A stretch of DNA of 64,000 bases from Raillietiella orientalis (Eukaryota), in contig JAYWIR010000008.1 in NCBI GenBank assembly GCA_036172245.1, positions 2,852,001 through 2,916,000 of the forward strand, in the 5' to 3' direction. Numbering within the stretch: position 1 is the first letter of the stretch; each line of letters begins with the position of its first letter. Shown here in pieces: positions 62,761 through 64,000 of the stretch. The position numbers and the translations under genes were made by a program. A model generated the notes under the pieces. That model was not told the DNA's origin. It saw only the letters and a list, made by a program, of their open reading frames with translations, and did not search any database.

Positions 62761-64000
62761 GAGGGGAGATCATCGTTCTCCCTGACTTCCCGGTCTCTCA
62801 CGTTTCACCAGAGCGGTTATCTTGTCTCTCCCTCCCCTCATTCCCATTCCCGGTTTGATTTTATCCTGGATGGTCCCACAGGAAGAAGTCGGCGGGAACC
62901 TTTGGAAAGTCTGGATGTTTTCCGTTGCCGGGGGAAACCCAGGACGGGATGGCCATCAGGACTTCGCGGGAGCCACGGGAGTCGGGAGGGGGGGGAACTC
63001 TCCGTAGCGACCCTGCGGCATTTGGCACCGGTAGCTCCCAGATGGCGCGACCCCGGAGGAAGGGAGTGGGAACTACCGGAGGCGAATCGGAAAGCCATCA
63101 CGAGGAAAACCGGGAATTTGATTTTCCCGGCGCGCCTGCTCTTTCGCCCCGGGAAAGGGAAAAAAAAATAAAAGAAAAAATCATCGAATTACGGAGCTCA
63201 TGAATACGAAGCGGACCGGGAGCGCGCCGTCTGCAGGGAAACAGGAAGAGGAGCAATTCATTATCGGCAGTTTCCTTGTTCCCAGCGACTGCGGAAAAAA
63301 AGCGACCTCCTCCCCTCTCCCACCTCTTCTTCCTCCCCCCCTCCCCCCCTCACTCGAAAAAGGAAAGAAAAAAAAAAAAAAAAAAAAGGTAGACGCGAAA
63401 ATAAAAGGGAAAACTTAATTAGCCCTTCAGAGCACTCGATTTCCTGTGGAAAACAACGGAGCAAGGAGTCACGGGATTGATGATGTAATCTCCATGTTTT
63501 CGCCGGAGAGCCAGGACCACTCGAACGGGCTCGCGCCCTTGCGCGCGGGCGATAGACCTGGAGGAGGGCGGAAGGATGACGCCGGACGTCCACTTCCGCC
63601 CGCGCTCGGTAGGAACCGCGCCCATCGTCGATCGATTTTGCCGTGCGGGTTTGCGCCCCCTGGGCCGCGCGCTATGCACGCGACCTTTCTTCCGCCTTCT
63701 CGTTCTCGGTAAGGGGGAGGAGGGAGGGCAAGGGCATTCCCTATCTTTATCTTCTATCCATTTTGTTTTTTTTTTTTCTAGTAGGGGAAGGTCTCAATCC
63801 CCCCCTTTCCCTTCCTGCTGACTTTCCCGTCCACGGCTGGGTCCTCCTAGCTGAACGGAGTGACGGCGAAGGACCCTAACGGAAACCTCGGACGATCCCT
63901 TTCTAGGAGGAAGAAGAGGAGGAGGAGGAGATGGTGGTGGCGAGGATGAGGAGGGAAGCGAAGGTGCGGGCGAGGCGATGGGGTCTTGCGTGACCAGGGG

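Noticed and set aside
1..64000. CRISPR array, operons, prophage or other prokaryotic systems
   Set aside because: No regularly spaced repeats or gene-dense coding; LINEs, SINEs, poly(A) tracts and microsatellites indicate eukaryotic non-coding DNA.

Overview
Eukaryotic (metazoan-like), GC- and CpG-rich, apparently intergenic or intronic DNA. I found no intact protein-coding gene, rRNA, true tRNA gene or CRISPR array; the many long ORFs are explained by GC content, low complexity or off-frame reading of repeats. The window is mostly decayed transposable elements: (i) at least eight 3' remnants of a diversified L1/Tx1-like LINE group ('family T'), (ii) other LINE RT/RNase H remnants, including R2/NeSL-like (RLE) pieces, (iii) seven copies of a ~700-bp tRNA-headed SINE ('family A'), (iv) three copies of an unclassified repeat ('family B'), and (v) BEL/Pao, hAT and piggyBac relics. 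These alternate with TE-poor, enhancer-like islands and microsatellite tracts. The most interesting signal is a multi-module 3'-terminal RNA architecture in family T (U-tract, predicted pseudoknot enclosing a TCTGCG-loop hairpin, long hairpin, terminal hairpin) whose pairing is kept across copies despite sequence turnover. Also notable are tandem Pol III-type heads in the SINE and near-identical repeat cores inside diverged flanks. All calls come from reading the sequence by eye; TE boundaries are approximate and family assignments of degenerate remnants are tentative.
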